This document shows, one piece after another, positions 11,081 through 25,453 of a stretch of 64,000 bases of DNA. The notes beneath the pieces are model-generated. The model did no database searches. It was not told the DNA's origin and worked only from the letters and a program-made list of their open reading frames with translations. The number at the start of each line of letters is the position of its first letter. Position 1 is the first letter of the stretch. The position numbers were made by a program, and so were the translations under genes. Source of the stretch: Octopus sinensis (lineage: Eukaryota); assembly GCF_006345805.1 (NCBI RefSeq), contig NC_043014.1:18662001-18726000 (forward strand), read 5' to 3'.

Positions 11081-12289
11081 ACTGAAAGCAAGGAGTTGTG
11101 AGCTGGAGCATTGGCTCAAATTGATGAACCCAAGTCTAATTCATCTGAATTGAGCCTAGAGCTCTGTTCAAAGCAGTCAGGTGGGATGACTCCATTTCAC
11201 TTGAGACACACCGAAAGATCATCGCAGTTGGTTTGTACACAAGAAATTAATTGTTCTGGGTGTTGTGCAACTGATCGTGGCAGAAATTCTCTTCATCTAA
11301 CAAGAGATCCCGATCATCTCTGGTTCAACAGCATTTGGTTAGCTAATGCGAATCCTCATGATACAGGTAACGCTTTCCCAATATTCAGTTGGCTTTCCCT
11401 CCGCCATAACAGCTAACTTTTTCTTAATAACAAATTTAATGTTTATGCTCTTCAAAGCTGTTGACAATTTACCAATGCATCAAGCTGTTCCTGAAAAAAA
11501 GGAGATATAAAATTTCAAATTTAGCCAGAGCACTGTATTTTAAATATATTTATTGTGACTTTGAATTATCACCTGAAACAACCTCCTCAAACAATATCCG
11601 AAGGAATATGCGTCTATGTTTACAAAGATATGTTAAAGAGAGAAGAAATATGCCAAATAACTGATTCCATAGGTATGGATGTGAGATGATTAATTAGGGT
11701 GATCGAAGAGGAAAGAGTGAATCGAAGAAGAGACCAAAGTAATTAAACTTCGTAGGTGGTCATAGGTGATGAACTAGGATTGTTGGTGGGGTTACTGTAT
11801 TAGTGGGAATTAAATTATAGAACGAGAAAAGTTGTTAATTTATAATTTTCAAAATGACTTTGTGACTAAGTATGGTACACTTGTGTATACATCTAAGCTA
11901 AGTATCGATTATCATAAATCAATTTAGTAGTACATGATGAGTAAAGGTTTATAGTTTTCAATCTATAATAATATTATATTTCAGTTAATCCGAACCGTAA
12001 AAAAGTGAGTGAGTTTTAAAGTAATAAGTAAAATCAAATGAATTGGGTATCAATAAGCACGACTTGTTCCCTCACAAAATATAATCCATGAAAAGGTCGT
12101 GTTGAGGGAGAAATTTCTTGGTTGACACCGAAATAACACACTGTGTTTTGAATTAAGTCCTTAGATTCTCAATATTATTATAAAGACTTGTTGTTAATAT
12201 CTCCAGAATAAGTCGATTCTGGTAACTTAGCATTACAACCACTTACGGAGTATAAACTCTTCTCTAATATGCTTCAACTCAGAAAACTA

Positions 12290-12450
12290 CGTGGTTGTGT
12301 GTTAAGAAGCTTGCTTCCCTATCACATGGCTCCGTGTTCAATCCCTCTGCGTGTCACCTAGGGCAAATATTCTCACTAATCACGGTAAAACTCACGTTAA
12401 AAAGTAATTTGATCGACGTACCTAATTTAACACAACTAACTTCATGCTTA
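12290..12450 (+). mobile_element. SINE family A, decayed 5' part
   Basis: gtggttgtgtgttaagaagcttgcttccc...gtgttcaatccc. Confidence 0.6.
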
Positions 12451-13493
12451 AGTAGTATTGACATTAGACATTCTCTAAGATTGGCAGAACCATTAGAACG
12501 TCGGACAAAATGCCTTGACCTATTTGTTCCGGCTCTTTACCCTATGAGATCAAATACCAATGGGGTCAATGTTTATTCTTCCAGGATCCATAAAACAAAA
12601 TCTCAGTCTAGTACTGGAGACGTTCTAATCGACTATTCTTCTCTAATCAAGATTCTGGCTTTATGCCTATGTTAGACTCCATTATTACAAATCCACATTA
12701 TGTTTATTCCGCTTTAAGTTATTAATTTTTTCTAATATTTCAAATCTCAGCATTTTCTCACGGTTTAATACATCGGATTATAGTTTTCCATTGAAAAATT
12801 ATATATACGTATTTATATATATATTATCAGTAAAAGTATTGCAAAAATATACATCAAATTATATTTTCCTTTATAAAAATATTAATATATGATATAAACT
12901 TTACCTATAATATAAATCTATAATCGTGGAAATCAATATTTACCCAAGATTGCACATAATTATGTCGTATTTAACAACAAGGTAATTATATTAATGATAA
13001 ACTCACAAGAACTAGAATTTTCTGATCGATGCTAACCATTAAAATATCTGTATCACCAACATAACCTATTCCCGTCTATCGTCAGTAACCCCCACCTCAA
13101 AACGTTCACTTTAAACATTACTATTACTTGCCTCTTTTGCGTTTTTAAGCTCCTTCTCTCTATATTTTAGCCGAAATAACAATCTTGCTACCATATTTAC
13201 GTCATGAAACGTTTAGCACTTTCCATCTAATAAATATTTGTAAATGTAATTTTATATTCCTTGAAGTATATTTTCAGAAAACTGTTTCTTATGAATATTC
13301 TTTTTGTAGTTAGTGTCATTAATTTAATATATATTCAGCTCTTCGAAAATAATTAAACCCTTCTCCAGTTTATGTCTTAAGGTTCTTCTTATATTTTTAT
13401 ATAAGTTATAAACTGTATCACTCTATGTATCTTTATCTCTCTCTTTCTCTGTATATATATCTGTATGTGTACTTATTTGCATATGTGTGTAGT

Positions 13494-13528
<35 letters not shown>

Positions 13529-13681
13529 TCTCTCGTCCTGGAGAGCTCCAACTATGCTGTGAAAATTCATTATATATTCAGAATATATTTCTTGCCTGTT
13601 TGTGAACTAACAAGATTACACTACTGAATTTACTTAATAAAATGTGCATATTATCATCAAATATACATGGCTTCACAACAA

Positions 13682-13715
<34 letters not shown>

Positions 13716-13884
13716 GTACACAATTTATATATAAAATGTGCAAAATTGAAAGTAGAAAGACCTTAACAAACTTGTCGAACTTATAATACTCTCAAATTTC
13801 GATTTTATTTAGTTTTGGTTGCCTTAATCTTTGGATATGTAAATATTTTTGTTTATTCTTTGTGTATTTTATTCTTCTCGACTT

Positions 13885-14065
13885 TCGACACAAAGCCCCA
13901 AATTTTGGGAGAGGGGGACAGTCGATTAGATCGAACTCAGTACGCAGCTAGTACTTAATTTATCGACCCCGAAATAATGAAAGGCAAAGTCGACCTCGGC
14001 GGAATTTGAACTCAGATCCTAAAGACGGGCGAAATAATGGGCGAAAGACGGGCGAAATAACAATC
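13885..14065 (-). mobile_element. SINE family B (partial)
   Basis: Reverse complement of gagttcaaattccgccgaggtcgactttgcctttcat. Confidence 0.75.
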
Positions 14066-14934
14066 TTACAATCGAACAACCTAACCAGTAAGCCACGCCG
14101 ATATATGAAAGTATTTCCCTCGATTAAAAACATAGGATGAGACAAGAAAACAGACTGAACTTGTACACCTTACATCTGTCTATATGTCATGCGACATATT
14201 GACAGACCTATTGCCACAAGAGGCACTGCCGGAGACGTTGACGCTTGGCGTAGTAGCTTTAGGTGGTGAGCAATTAGGAAACAAGGAATAATCTAATGTC
14301 ACGTGAGGAGGCATAGATATAAAGGGCCTCATGTTTCCCGAAGCAGTTCCAGAGCTGTACTCGAATGCGAAGAGCACAGAGTGATACATTTAGTGGTATG
14401 AGAAGAAAGGCTGTTATATGTGTATGAGCATATACGTACTTAAGTGATTTTTATTCAAAGAAACTGCAAATGCATAAATGGAGAAAACTGAAAAAAGCGG
14501 ATTTTAGAATGTGCACCTCGTCTTCCGTGTCAAGAGCCAAGTATCGTGGTTTCTGTCCCGCAACGCAAATCACTGTTATAATTTCGTCATTACGGGAAGA
14601 TGGAGAGATGATGATCGAGTGAAAGAGTGTTTGATACAAAAAAAAAGAAAAATTCTGTCGCCAATGTCAATCCATTGAAAATTCAAAGGAGAGACAAACT
14701 TAGAATTGAATGAAACTCACGGCGCTTCCAATAATCAGACCATTACTGATGAAATATATTAGGAACGCTAGGAAGGCAATAGAAGACTAAGCAGAAAATG
14801 TTCCACCCTATGGAATATACAAGCGATAAACTTATAAAAAGAATAACATGAAAAGTCTAAAAACAGCTGTAATTTGGAGAAAATTTTGCGGTGATGTTAA
14901 AATAAGTTGGTTAATATCCTCTGCGCCTTGCTCA

Positions 14935-15530
14935 AGGCGGCGAGCTGGCAGAAACGTTAGCACGCCGGGCGAAACGCTTAGCCGTATTTCGTCTGCCGTT
15001 ACGTTCTGAGTTCAAATTCCGCCGAGGTCGACTTTGCCTTTCATCATTTCGGGATCGAAAAATTATGTACCAGTTACGCACTGGGATCGATGTAATCGAT
15101 TTAATCCGTTTGTCTGTCTTTGTTTGTCCTCTCTGTGTTTAGCCCCTTGTGGGTATTAAAGAAATGGGTATTTCATTTGCCATTACGTTCTGAGTTCAAA
15201 TTCCACTGAGGTCGACTTTGCCTTTCATCCTTTCATCCTTTCAGGGTCGATTAAATAAGTAGCAGTTACGCACTGGGGCCGATCTAATCGACTTAATCCG
15301 TTTGTCTGTCATTGTTTGTCCTCTCTGTGTTTAGCCCCTTGCGGGTAGTAAAGAAATAGGTATTTCGTCTGTCTTTACGTTCTGAGTTCAAATTCCACCG
15401 AGGGCGACTTTGCCTTTCATCATTTCGGGGTCGATAGATTAAGTATCTGTTGCATACTGGAGTCGATCTAATCGACTGGTCCTCCCCTCAAAAATTTCGA
15501 GTCTTCTGCCTCGAGTAGAAAAGAATATCA
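14935..15530 (+). mobile_element. SINE family B with about three tandem copies of the 184-192 bp body
   Basis: Head ggcggcgagctggcagaaacgttag (A box-like) and B box-like gagttcaaattcc. The body restarts at 14986, 15170 and 15362. Confidence 0.85.
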
Positions 15531-15996
15531 TCAGTACCCTGATCAAATCTAGAAGACGCCATCTCACCAACGTGTGCGTAGATTGCCCTGTTTATTTAGT
15601 TTTGTTCATATTTGTCATGTTTTATTAATATTTCTGTATTTGTATGCACATTTACTTACGTATTTAAATTTAAACAAATATTAACGTCCCAATGTATCGT
15701 AAAATATCTATTGTCAGTATATACCTACGTATATCCCTACATCGCGTTCTAAACACCCAACTGCATGCAAAATGTGATCTGGTCTCAAATTAACGGCATG
15801 AATGGTGAGCTGTCTAAATCGTTATCACAAGAAAAATCTTAGAACCATTTCTTCCGCTTCTTTATCTTATAGATTCAAACAATGGGGACGTCGATTTTGC
15901 CTTTCAGACTTCGGGTTCAATAAAACAAACTACCAGTCAAGTACTTACTGAGGGTTTGTATCTTTACGTAACCTCCCCACCCACCAAAAAATATAT

Positions 15997-16335
15997 ATGC
16001 GTGGTACCTTGGGCAAGTGTCTTCTAATATTGCCTTGGGCCGACCAAAGCCTTGTGAGTGGATTTGGCAGACGGAAACTAAAAGTAGCTAGTCGTGTATA
16101 TGTATATATATGTATGTGTGTGTATATGTTTGTGTGTCTGTGTTTGTCACCCCAACATCGCTTGACAACCGATGCTAGTGTGTTTACGTCACCGTAACTT
16201 AGCGGTTCGGCAAAAGAAACCGACAGAATATGTACTAGGCTTAAAAAACAATAAGTCCTGGGGTCGATCTCTTCATCTAAAGGCGGTGCTTCAGCATGGC
16301 CACAGTCAAATGACTGAAACAAGTAAAATAGTAAA
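15997..16335 (+). mobile_element. SINE family A, near full length
   Basis: gcgtggtaccttgggcaagtg...ggcggtgcttcagcatggccacagtcaaatgactgaaacaag. Confidence 0.85.
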
Positions 16336-16375
16336 AGAGTATATATACATATATGTCAGACCATTGTGCCTAAAC

Positions 16376-16417
<42 letters not shown>

Positions 16418-16669
16418 CATCATCATCATCATCATCATCATCATTATCATCTTCCAATTTTGTTTCCATTTCTTGCTGTGAGTCTTCCTGACACCTAGGG
16501 CAGAAAAACTCATTGTATATATTGGTAAGCCATCAAAATAAAGACGCCAGATTGTTAATTTACAGACACGTGATAGAAAAAGGGAAAGGAAGACAAAGAG
16601 GAAAAGGAAAAAGAGAATAAAATGAATTAAACCAAGAATATGAAGGCTCCGCCGGTTAGGTTTAAGCAA

Positions 16670-17006
16670 CTGACAAGCAGATCTGTCGTATTGAGTAGAG
16701 TATTAGCTGTCGGCCTTCTTTTACACCAAGACAAAACAATGTACATGATAACACTTCTAATGAGATAGTATGAGTTTTGGTGCCACTACTTCTGCTCGTG
16801 ATCAGAGATGCACATATCGCCAGCCAGTAAGGCACATGCTCAACTAGTTAAACAACACATTATTTTATTCATTTATTATTTTGATCCTCATCATCATCAT
16901 CATCATAATCATCAACATCATCATCATCAGCAGCAGCATCCTCAATTATGATAATAATAATAATGATTATTATTATTGTTGTTGTTGTTTTTGATGTAGT
17001 TATTGC

Positions 17007-17037
<31 letters not shown>

Positions 17038-17600
17038 GAGTGAGAGAGCAGTTCATGCCATCAAAGTGACACTGGGGTAAAATATACGAAGCCCAATATA
17101 CCCATCATAACTACCCGTCTGATAAGGGTACACCAGGCGCATGCATCACAACCATATGTGCGCGACATGGTGATCTCATATCAAGATAAACAGCACATGA
17201 CCTTGCAGGTGGGGCCCAGTTAGAATTTTCTTCAGGTTGAGTAGCCCATCCCGCTCAAAAGGTCCCTGAATAAGGGTTGTCTAAGGATATTGAAAGAACC
17301 ACCCATGTTTCCAGAGGTGAATTATTCAAACCCCAAAGAATCCCTCTCAACACATGGCTATGATGCTCCCCCATTACTTCTGTTCGTGATCAGATATGCA
17401 CATGTCGTCAGCCACTAAGGGACATGCTCAACTGGTTAAGGTCAAACAACTGACAAGCAAATCTGTGGTATTGAGCAGAATATTTGCTGTAGCTCATCTT
17501 TTATACCAAGACAAAACAATGTACATGATAACACTTCCAATCAGTTAAGGTCAGAAGCCATGAGAGCCACTGCCTGGTACTGCATCAGGGCATTTATTAT
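16670..17600 (+). mobile_element. Non-autonomous interspersed repeat with (TAT)n tail; rearranged partial second copy at 16670-16850
   Basis: 17370-17545 segments are repeated at 16670-16850, and the element ends in a (tat)n/(cat)n run. Confidence 0.55.
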
Positions 17601-17606
17601 TATTAA

Positions 17607-17655
<49 letters not shown>

Positions 17656-17793
17656 CATCATCATCATCATCATCATCGTCATCATCATCATCATCATCAG
17701 CGTCATCGTCATCATCATCCATATCGTCATCTTCATCATCATCATCATCATTATTATTATTATCATCATCTTCATTATTATTATTATTATTTA

Positions 17794-17837
<44 letters not shown>

Positions 17838-17843
17838 TATTAT

Positions 17844-17881
<38 letters not shown>

Positions 17882-17960
17882 ATAGTAGTAGTAGTAGTAG
17901 TAGTAGTAGTAGAGTAGTAGTAGTAGTAGTAGTAGTAGTATTGCTGTTGCTGTTGTTGCT
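17585..17960. repeat. Compound trinucleotide microsatellite (TAT/CAT/TAG)
   Basis: Directly visible. Confidence 0.95.
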
Positions 17961-18509
17961 TTCTTTTACTGATATCATTTTCGTTAATGTTGCAGCAAAG
18001 TTATTATGGGTATGTTTACGATAGCGTTGTTAATGCTGTAAGTGTTGTTGTTTTGGATAGCGTTGATATTCATGATGTTGTTTATAATGCCGCTGATGGT
18101 GATAATGTTGCTCATCAGAGAAGGATGATGATGCAAATGACAATGGTCGTATTTTTGCTGATTATATTATATAATCTTTGCTGAATAACAGCAAAGATTA
18201 TGAGCATGCGCAGATTGAATGATGATGATGACGATGATGATGACAATGAAGAAGACGATGAAGATGGTGATAATGTTGTTAGTGTTGATGATGATGATGA
18301 TTGTTAGCTATTTTTAACAAATTACGCAACCAAACAATGTTAATAGGATGGGAAAAATAAACCACAAATACGTAACAGAATAGATTCGCTTGAACATTAT
18401 TGATTGATTTTCGTTCGAAATTTTATATTCAAAATTTCTCACATGAACACATCGATTGACGTGACTTTTTATATGCAGGCATATACACTACATGTGTACA
18501 ACTCATAAA

Positions 18510-18552
<43 letters not shown>

Positions 18553-18815
18553 TACACGTGCGTACACACATACATACATGCATGCCTACCTTCATACGTA
18601 TGCACATATATATGCGTATATATATGCATATGAGCTGATCTACAGATGCACACATGCGTCCACACATACGTACACAAGTACATTTATAAACATATGTGCA
18701 TGCTTGCATACATAATGCCTACCTACCTGCCTACCTATCTACCTACCTACCTACCTACCTACCTACCTAAGTACCTACCTACCTACCTACCTACCTACCT
18801 ACATACATACATACA

Positions 18816-18849
<34 letters not shown>

Positions 18850-19259
18850 CATACATACATGAATACATACATGCATACATGAATACATACATAAAACATT
18901 TTAATGAAAATAGTCACGTCAGCATAAGGAACTATTCATCCGTTCGTGAGATGAATATTAACCTCTAAAACGTCTGCTATTAATGCTTACCTTGTAGAAA
19001 AATGAACCTTTTGAATATTTTTGATAAATGCAAAGTGGCTTTTATTTTTAGCGAATATCCTAGCAGTAATCGTAAATTGAAATAAATCTGATAAATAACG
19101 CGTCGATTACTACTACGTATATATCACGACAAGATTGGAAACCTGGGTCAGCTGCATCGTGTTAAAGAACTAGCAAATAAAACTCCAGTGGATTTCATAA
19201 TGCATCAGAACATATACTAATTCTGCAAAGTAAAAATTTTCCTTTTTATTATATGCAGG

Positions 19260-19790
19260 GAATGAAAGACCTCATAGACGGTCTAAATTCTCAGTAACTC
19301 ACATTTTGTGGGAAGCAATTGCGCCAGGAAACTATGTACTCTGAGAAGAAATATGCATAATCAACGAGGAAAAGTGTATAGCAATGAAAGGTGATAGTAG
19401 TCTATATCGGTGGTATTTACCTAGGATCATATAAAAATGACTTCAGAATACAAAGAATTAAAACACAGCTCACTGCAAGATTTAAGTAGAATTTTATTGT
19501 CTACATAGCTAAATATAGCGCACATCGAGGGAAAATATACTGACTTATATCCGAGATCATCAATATGTTGAAAAGCATGTAGCCCAATATAAAAGCGTCC
19601 AGCTATTGGACATTGTCTGTCCTGTGGTATTGTTTTGCAGATATTTGCCCACAAATGGTAGTATCAGAGACCTCCCAAAATCAGAACACACAAGGAAAAT
19701 GGATTACCTCTCTCCGAAGGAATACTACCAGACTACAGGAAGACGTGTCATATTGAGATAATGTCATCATATATAATGCGAATAATGAAT
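19260..19790 (+). mobile_element. Decayed piggyBac-like transposase relic
   Basis: Frames give IINEEKCIAMKGDSSLYRWYLP, NFIVYIAKYSAHRGK and YKSVQLL, resembling piggyBac IDESMIxxKGRSSLRQYLP, NFxVYTGK and YTSVxLL. Confidence 0.4.
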
Positions 19791-20239
19791 TCTGAAAGCC
19801 CACCGACAAAGAATTTCTAATAAACTATCCAACTTGTATAGAAACTTTAAACAATTTTCGTTCGCAAGTAAAATTATTGCCCTTAGCATGATTCGAATGA
19901 TACGTCAAAACCATTGTTATTGGAAAGTGTGTAGGACCATCAACCTTAAATATACATTAAACCTGTATTCATAAAACGAAACGAAACACAAACAGTCTGT
20001 GCATGCTAATTTCGGGAGATAACCTCAAAACATCGATAACAGTTGACGACTTAGTATTATCTCCACTTCTCTGTCATAGTCATTTGCAATTGCCGCTAGG
20101 TGCTTGTTTAAATTGTCTCAAAGCAAAATTCATTCCATTACGCCAATAACATATCGTCTATACTGCATAGATTTCTCGCTCCTTGATATGCGAATTCACG
20201 CATAGGTTGTTTTTGGCCGAATCAAGTGAACATACTGGC

Positions 20240-20390
20240 AGTGTGGTAAGAAGCTTGCTTTCAAATTACATGGTTGCGGGTTCATTCCCACTGCGTGGCA
20301 CTTTGGGCAAGTGTTTTCTACAATAGCCGCGGACCGACCAAACCCTTGCGAATAGATTTGGTATACGGAAACTGAAAGAAGCCTGTCGTG

Positions 20391-20445
<55 letters not shown>

Positions 20446-20640
20446 CTTTGTGTCTGTGTTAACAACCGATGATGGTGTGTTTATTTCTCCTTAACATGGC
20501 GGTTCGGCAAAAGAAATCGTTCGAACGAGTACTAGTCTTACAAAGAATAAGTCCAGGGGTCGATTTCTTTGACTAAAACCCTTTAAACGGGTGCACTAGC
20601 ATGACTGCAGTCAAATGACTGAAACAAGTAAGAGAGTACA
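20240..20640 (+). mobile_element. SINE family A, full length
   Basis: Head, internal (TA)n(TG)n and tail gcagtcaaatgactgaaacaagtaag. Confidence 0.85.
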
Positions 20641-21160
20641 AGCGTATTACTCTTTTTGTATATGTTGTTCATGACTAAATCTTAAGACTATTGGACTGAA
20701 GGTAGTGCCAGGAATTACTGATGATATGCAAGCACGTGCTCGTATGTGTATTTATCTCCACGGGAACTATTGACATGAAAGACAAGCAAGCAGGTGTTCA
20801 GGCGTGTATTCTTTTCTTCGAGAACGAAAGCAAAAAGAAAAAAAAGAAAAACAGAGATCTTTTCTTTAATGGGAAGTTAAAGTTGTAAACTTGGCTGCTT
20901 CACATCATCGCTCATTTTCATTTAGTATCATTTGCAATAGCCGTTACAAGTTTCTTTACTTTCTCTCGAAGTTAAAATAATGTGAGTGCATCAAAAATGT
21001 ATCTTATATGTTTAGAGCACCCCTCCCACCACAAACACACACACACATACATATGTATAACAGCATGTGCGTGTATGTGATTATGTGTGAATGTGAGTGT
21101 GTATATATATATATATTTTTTTTTTATACATATACATATACATATATATATGTGTATGTA

Positions 21161-21231
<71 letters not shown>

Positions 21232-21241
21232 TATATATATA

Positions 21242-21300
<59 letters not shown>

Positions 21301-21309
21301 TCTTATATT

Positions 21310-21509
21310 CTTTTATTCTTTTCTTTCAGTCATTTGATTGCGGTCATGTTGGAACACCGCGACCCCAGGACTTATTTTTTCTAAGCCTAGTACTTATTCT
21401 ATCGGTCTCTTTTGCCGAATCGCTAATTTACGGGATCATAAACACACCAACATCGGGTGTCAAGCGATGGTAGGGGACAAAACACAGATTCACACACACA
21501 CACACACAC

Positions 21510-21559
<50 letters not shown>

Positions 21560-21712
21560 CGACATGCCTCTTTCAATTTCCTCTACCAAATCCACTCAGA
21601 AGGCTTTGGTCGGCCCGATGCTATAGTAGATGACGCTCAAGTTGCCATGCAGTGGGACTGCACAAAAAACCATGTGACTAGGAAGCAAGCTACTTACCAC
21701 ACAGCTACGCCT
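21310..21712 (-). mobile_element. SINE family A, full length
   Basis: Reverse complement of head and tail. Confidence 0.85.
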
Positions 21713-22195
21713 ATACATATATATATATATATATAACAAATGAAAGTCAGAAGATGGATTATACGAGAATATATTATTAATCACAACAATTGTTTCGACA
21801 CATATAACATCGACTACTCTTGTGGGATACACAAAAACTGGCTCAGGAGTATCAGGTGGTGCAGACGTATCTCGTTGGGTGATAAATAAATAAAAAAAAT
21901 CTCGTTAGATGACTGTTCCATAATGTAACATTCTGTTTTGTAGAGAGAAAAACAACCAGACAGAGGAAAATTCTTCATATATATAGAAGATCGAAACATA
22001 AAATTGCAGAAGACAAAAAAGAAAAAGAGAAACGAATACTTAATCCAGCAAGAAAAGGGAAGTCAATGCTAGATGTGTCGAAACAGTCGTTGTGATTAAT
22101 AATGTCTTTCATTTATTATTTACCTAACGATCACTCTGAAAATGACCGTGCTTTACCAGTAAGCTACCAGGTGTAAACCGTTCATTTTATTATCC

Positions 22196-22251
<56 letters not shown>

Positions 22252-22338
22252 TATATATATATATATATATATATATAAATTAAGAAAATGGAACTGTAGC
22301 TTTAATATAATTTATTAATTGCAAAAATTAAACTTATT

Positions 22339-22416
22339 CTCTTACAACTTTTTCGATGGTGCCGAAAGAATTAAATTAAATGAAAACATTATATTGGGCA
22401 AAATCTCATCAGAGCG
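22339..22416 (-). ncRNA. Partly decayed type I hammerhead motif
   Basis: cgct CTGATGA gat-tttgcc...ggca-cc-atc GAAA a agtt GTA agag. There is a C>A change in stem III and one stem I mismatch. Confidence 0.45.
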
Positions 22417-22529
22417 TGTATATGTATATGTAGTTTTACATATATGCATATATTGTTACTTATATGAATATATTATTACCTAGAAGTGTATATCTTGAAT
22501 TTCTACGCGCATATAAGTATGTATGTATA

Positions 22530-22611
<82 letters not shown>

Positions 22612-22890
22612 TATGTATATATATGCACTATATATATGATAAGATGAAGGTCTTTCTGACTATGATTATTTTATGCTTTATCTACTTTACATATTATTTC
22701 CATCAATTTTATAAATAAAATATAGAAATTTTCACTTATTTATTCTTCCATTCATATGATAATATCATTTATTGTAACTCACTATCAAATCTTTATTTAC
22801 CAATTATCACCTATTACCACCTGGCCGAGGTTTATACTAGTATTGGTAATTTAATCATATTCAGTCTGTTGAGCTGCTTTGTAAGAATAA

Positions 22891-22973
22891 CATCTAATAA
22901 CATAATTTTGCCCAATATAATATTTTAATTACTGGAATTTAATTCCTTGAGCAAAATTGAAACAGCCGTAAGA
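22891..22973 (+). ncRNA. Decayed homologous hammerhead, inverted relative to 22339-22416
   Basis: Core is CTAATAA, stem II aattttgc/gcaaaatt, then GAAAC agcc GTA aga. Confidence 0.35.
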
Positions 22974-23185
22974 AAATATGTTGGCTTTTTACAGCTAATA
23001 AATTATATTAATGCTACATATCCATGTTCTCAATTTTAATTTGAATATTTATAAACCATGATTCATATTTAAACTTATTATTTTATGAATATTACTATTC
23101 ATGAAAAACTGATAGATTACGAAGCAGAAATTCATTGGATACATTTATCCCTAAATGAGGATATTTTAACTTTTGTTAAAGACAT

Positions 23186-23239
<54 letters not shown>

Positions 23240-23520
23240 AGGTGAATAGATAGATATGGGTTTAAAAGATCAAGAGTGTTCACAAGAGTAAATTTGTGAC
23301 AAAATAGAAAGAAAATGATTTTAGAAATTGATCATGGAAAAAGTAAATTAGAATTTATATTTTTAATTGAGCCGCTACCGTTTTCGATTTCCACCAGTAG
23401 ATGACCTAGCATTGCTGAAATAAAATGAAAAGTAAATTCAAATATTTCAAACTAATTAATCTTTCATAATATCTGTTCTGGATGTTCAATGATTTTCGTA
23501 TAATGATCACATGGTGTTGC

Positions 23521-23579
<59 letters not shown>

Positions 23580-24258
23580 CTACATATATCTACACATGTA
23601 TGTGTATGTGTGTGTGTGTGTGCGTGTGTGTGTTTCTTATAGCGCAATATCTTACAGAGCATAACGCAAAATCTGATAGAAGCACATTAGCTAATACTAT
23701 CAACGTATACTCGATTCATTTTTATCAGAATTTTTTTTAAACACCGGAAAAGCATTTCAGGTTTGATATGGAAGCTATATTAATGGCAAGATACAAATCA
23801 AAAAATCAACAGACATACACACTATAAATGAAAAAATCTATAAAACTGACCGAGTTAACCGCTAAACAATTTTAGATCCGGCAATGGTGATTTTGTCAGT
23901 TGCAGTACCATTCACATTATACACTGTTGTTGAGTATATAAAAGGAAGAGACGGCCAACGAATTATTATCAACGTTTCATTCGGAATACGATGCTGATAA
24001 GGTCTTCAAAGGTTAATGGACTTAAGAATCTTAAGTGAACATAAAAATGTAATAAGACTCTCTCTCATTTCTCTCTCTCTCTCTCTCTCTTTTTCTCTCT
24101 CTCACCCTCTGTCCCTCTCTGTCTATCTCTCTGATTGTGTTTCTATCTTTGGTTATATATATATATATATGTATGTATATAAACACGTACACACACACAT
24201 ATATATATACATATATGTATGTATGTATGTTTGTATGAATGAAATATATATGTATGAA

Positions 24259-24298
<40 letters not shown>

Positions 24299-24746
24299 TA
24301 TTCATACTTACGTATATACATTTATATCTATGTGTGTGTATTTCACGTGTATACATATATATGCATGTGTGTGCACATTCATATATATGTACGTATATTA
24401 TTGTGTATGCGCGTTTGTATATAAAATTTATCAGAGTAGCCATAAATTTTTTTACAGAAAGTTCAATTAATGGCAACCTAGACATTAAATATTAGTAAAT
24501 AAATGTAAGACCTACTTAATATACATCGAATACTTTGTATGCATTATATAATTAAACTGAACAACATCATGCACGCACACAGAAGCACACACATACATAC
24601 GCACAAATACGCACACATACATATATACATATGTGTCTCTATATGTTTACATATGTTTATATGTATATATACATTTATATACGCGTATACACACACACAC
24701 ATAAATACATACATGCAGACACATAAATACATATATATGTGTGTGT

Positions 24747-24822
<76 letters not shown>

Positions 24823-25453
24823 TATTTTCCGACTGTGTAAATGTGTATAGAATAATATATCAGTTGTAACTTTATTCAACAGATACATACATACATATAT
24901 AGATACATACACTTCCATAGGCACAGACTCATGTCTATAAACATGGAAAAAGAGATACAAAGAGAATATCAGAGCATTAATTCCTTCTCTTAGAAATATA
25001 TATGAAATGGACCTAATTTTAATAGAATTTTTAAAGTAATAAATGGAAAAATGTAACATTCTGTGATACCTAAATCTTGCAGTATTTTCCACTAAAATGT
25101 CCATCAACTGCGATGACAAACATGCAATCTTAAAATAATATTTTGTTTACCAATTGTAATTAACATTAATGACTAAGAAAATATATACATAGAGCGCATA
25201 CAAAATTCATTCGCTGGAGATGAGAAATGAGTCACAGGTTATATATAATGGCTTAGAATGACCAGTCATAACACATGAACTTCATCGCCTCTTTCATAAA
25301 CAGTTACTTAACTGAATCTTCTGGGTGGATAACAACATTGCTTGTGATATTTACTCTATCTCCTTTCGATATGGTTTTAAATCACACAGAGTTCAATTTT
25401 GACTTTGCAGTCCAGGGTGATATAGCAGTTCTGGGCTGTGAATGTTTGAATTA

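Noticed and set aside
14080-14700. GC-richer segment with short ORFs, one vaguely PH-domain-like
   Set aside because: No recognisable motif or consistent splice structure; probably TE debris.
14935-15530. Regularly spaced repeats suggestive of a CRISPR array
   Set aside because: Units are 184-192-bp SINE bodies with no unique spacers, there are no cas genes, and the context is eukaryotic.
19519-19761. 80-codon open frame as a host exon
   Set aside because: Better explained as part of a decayed piggyBac transposase, and the length is within chance expectation.
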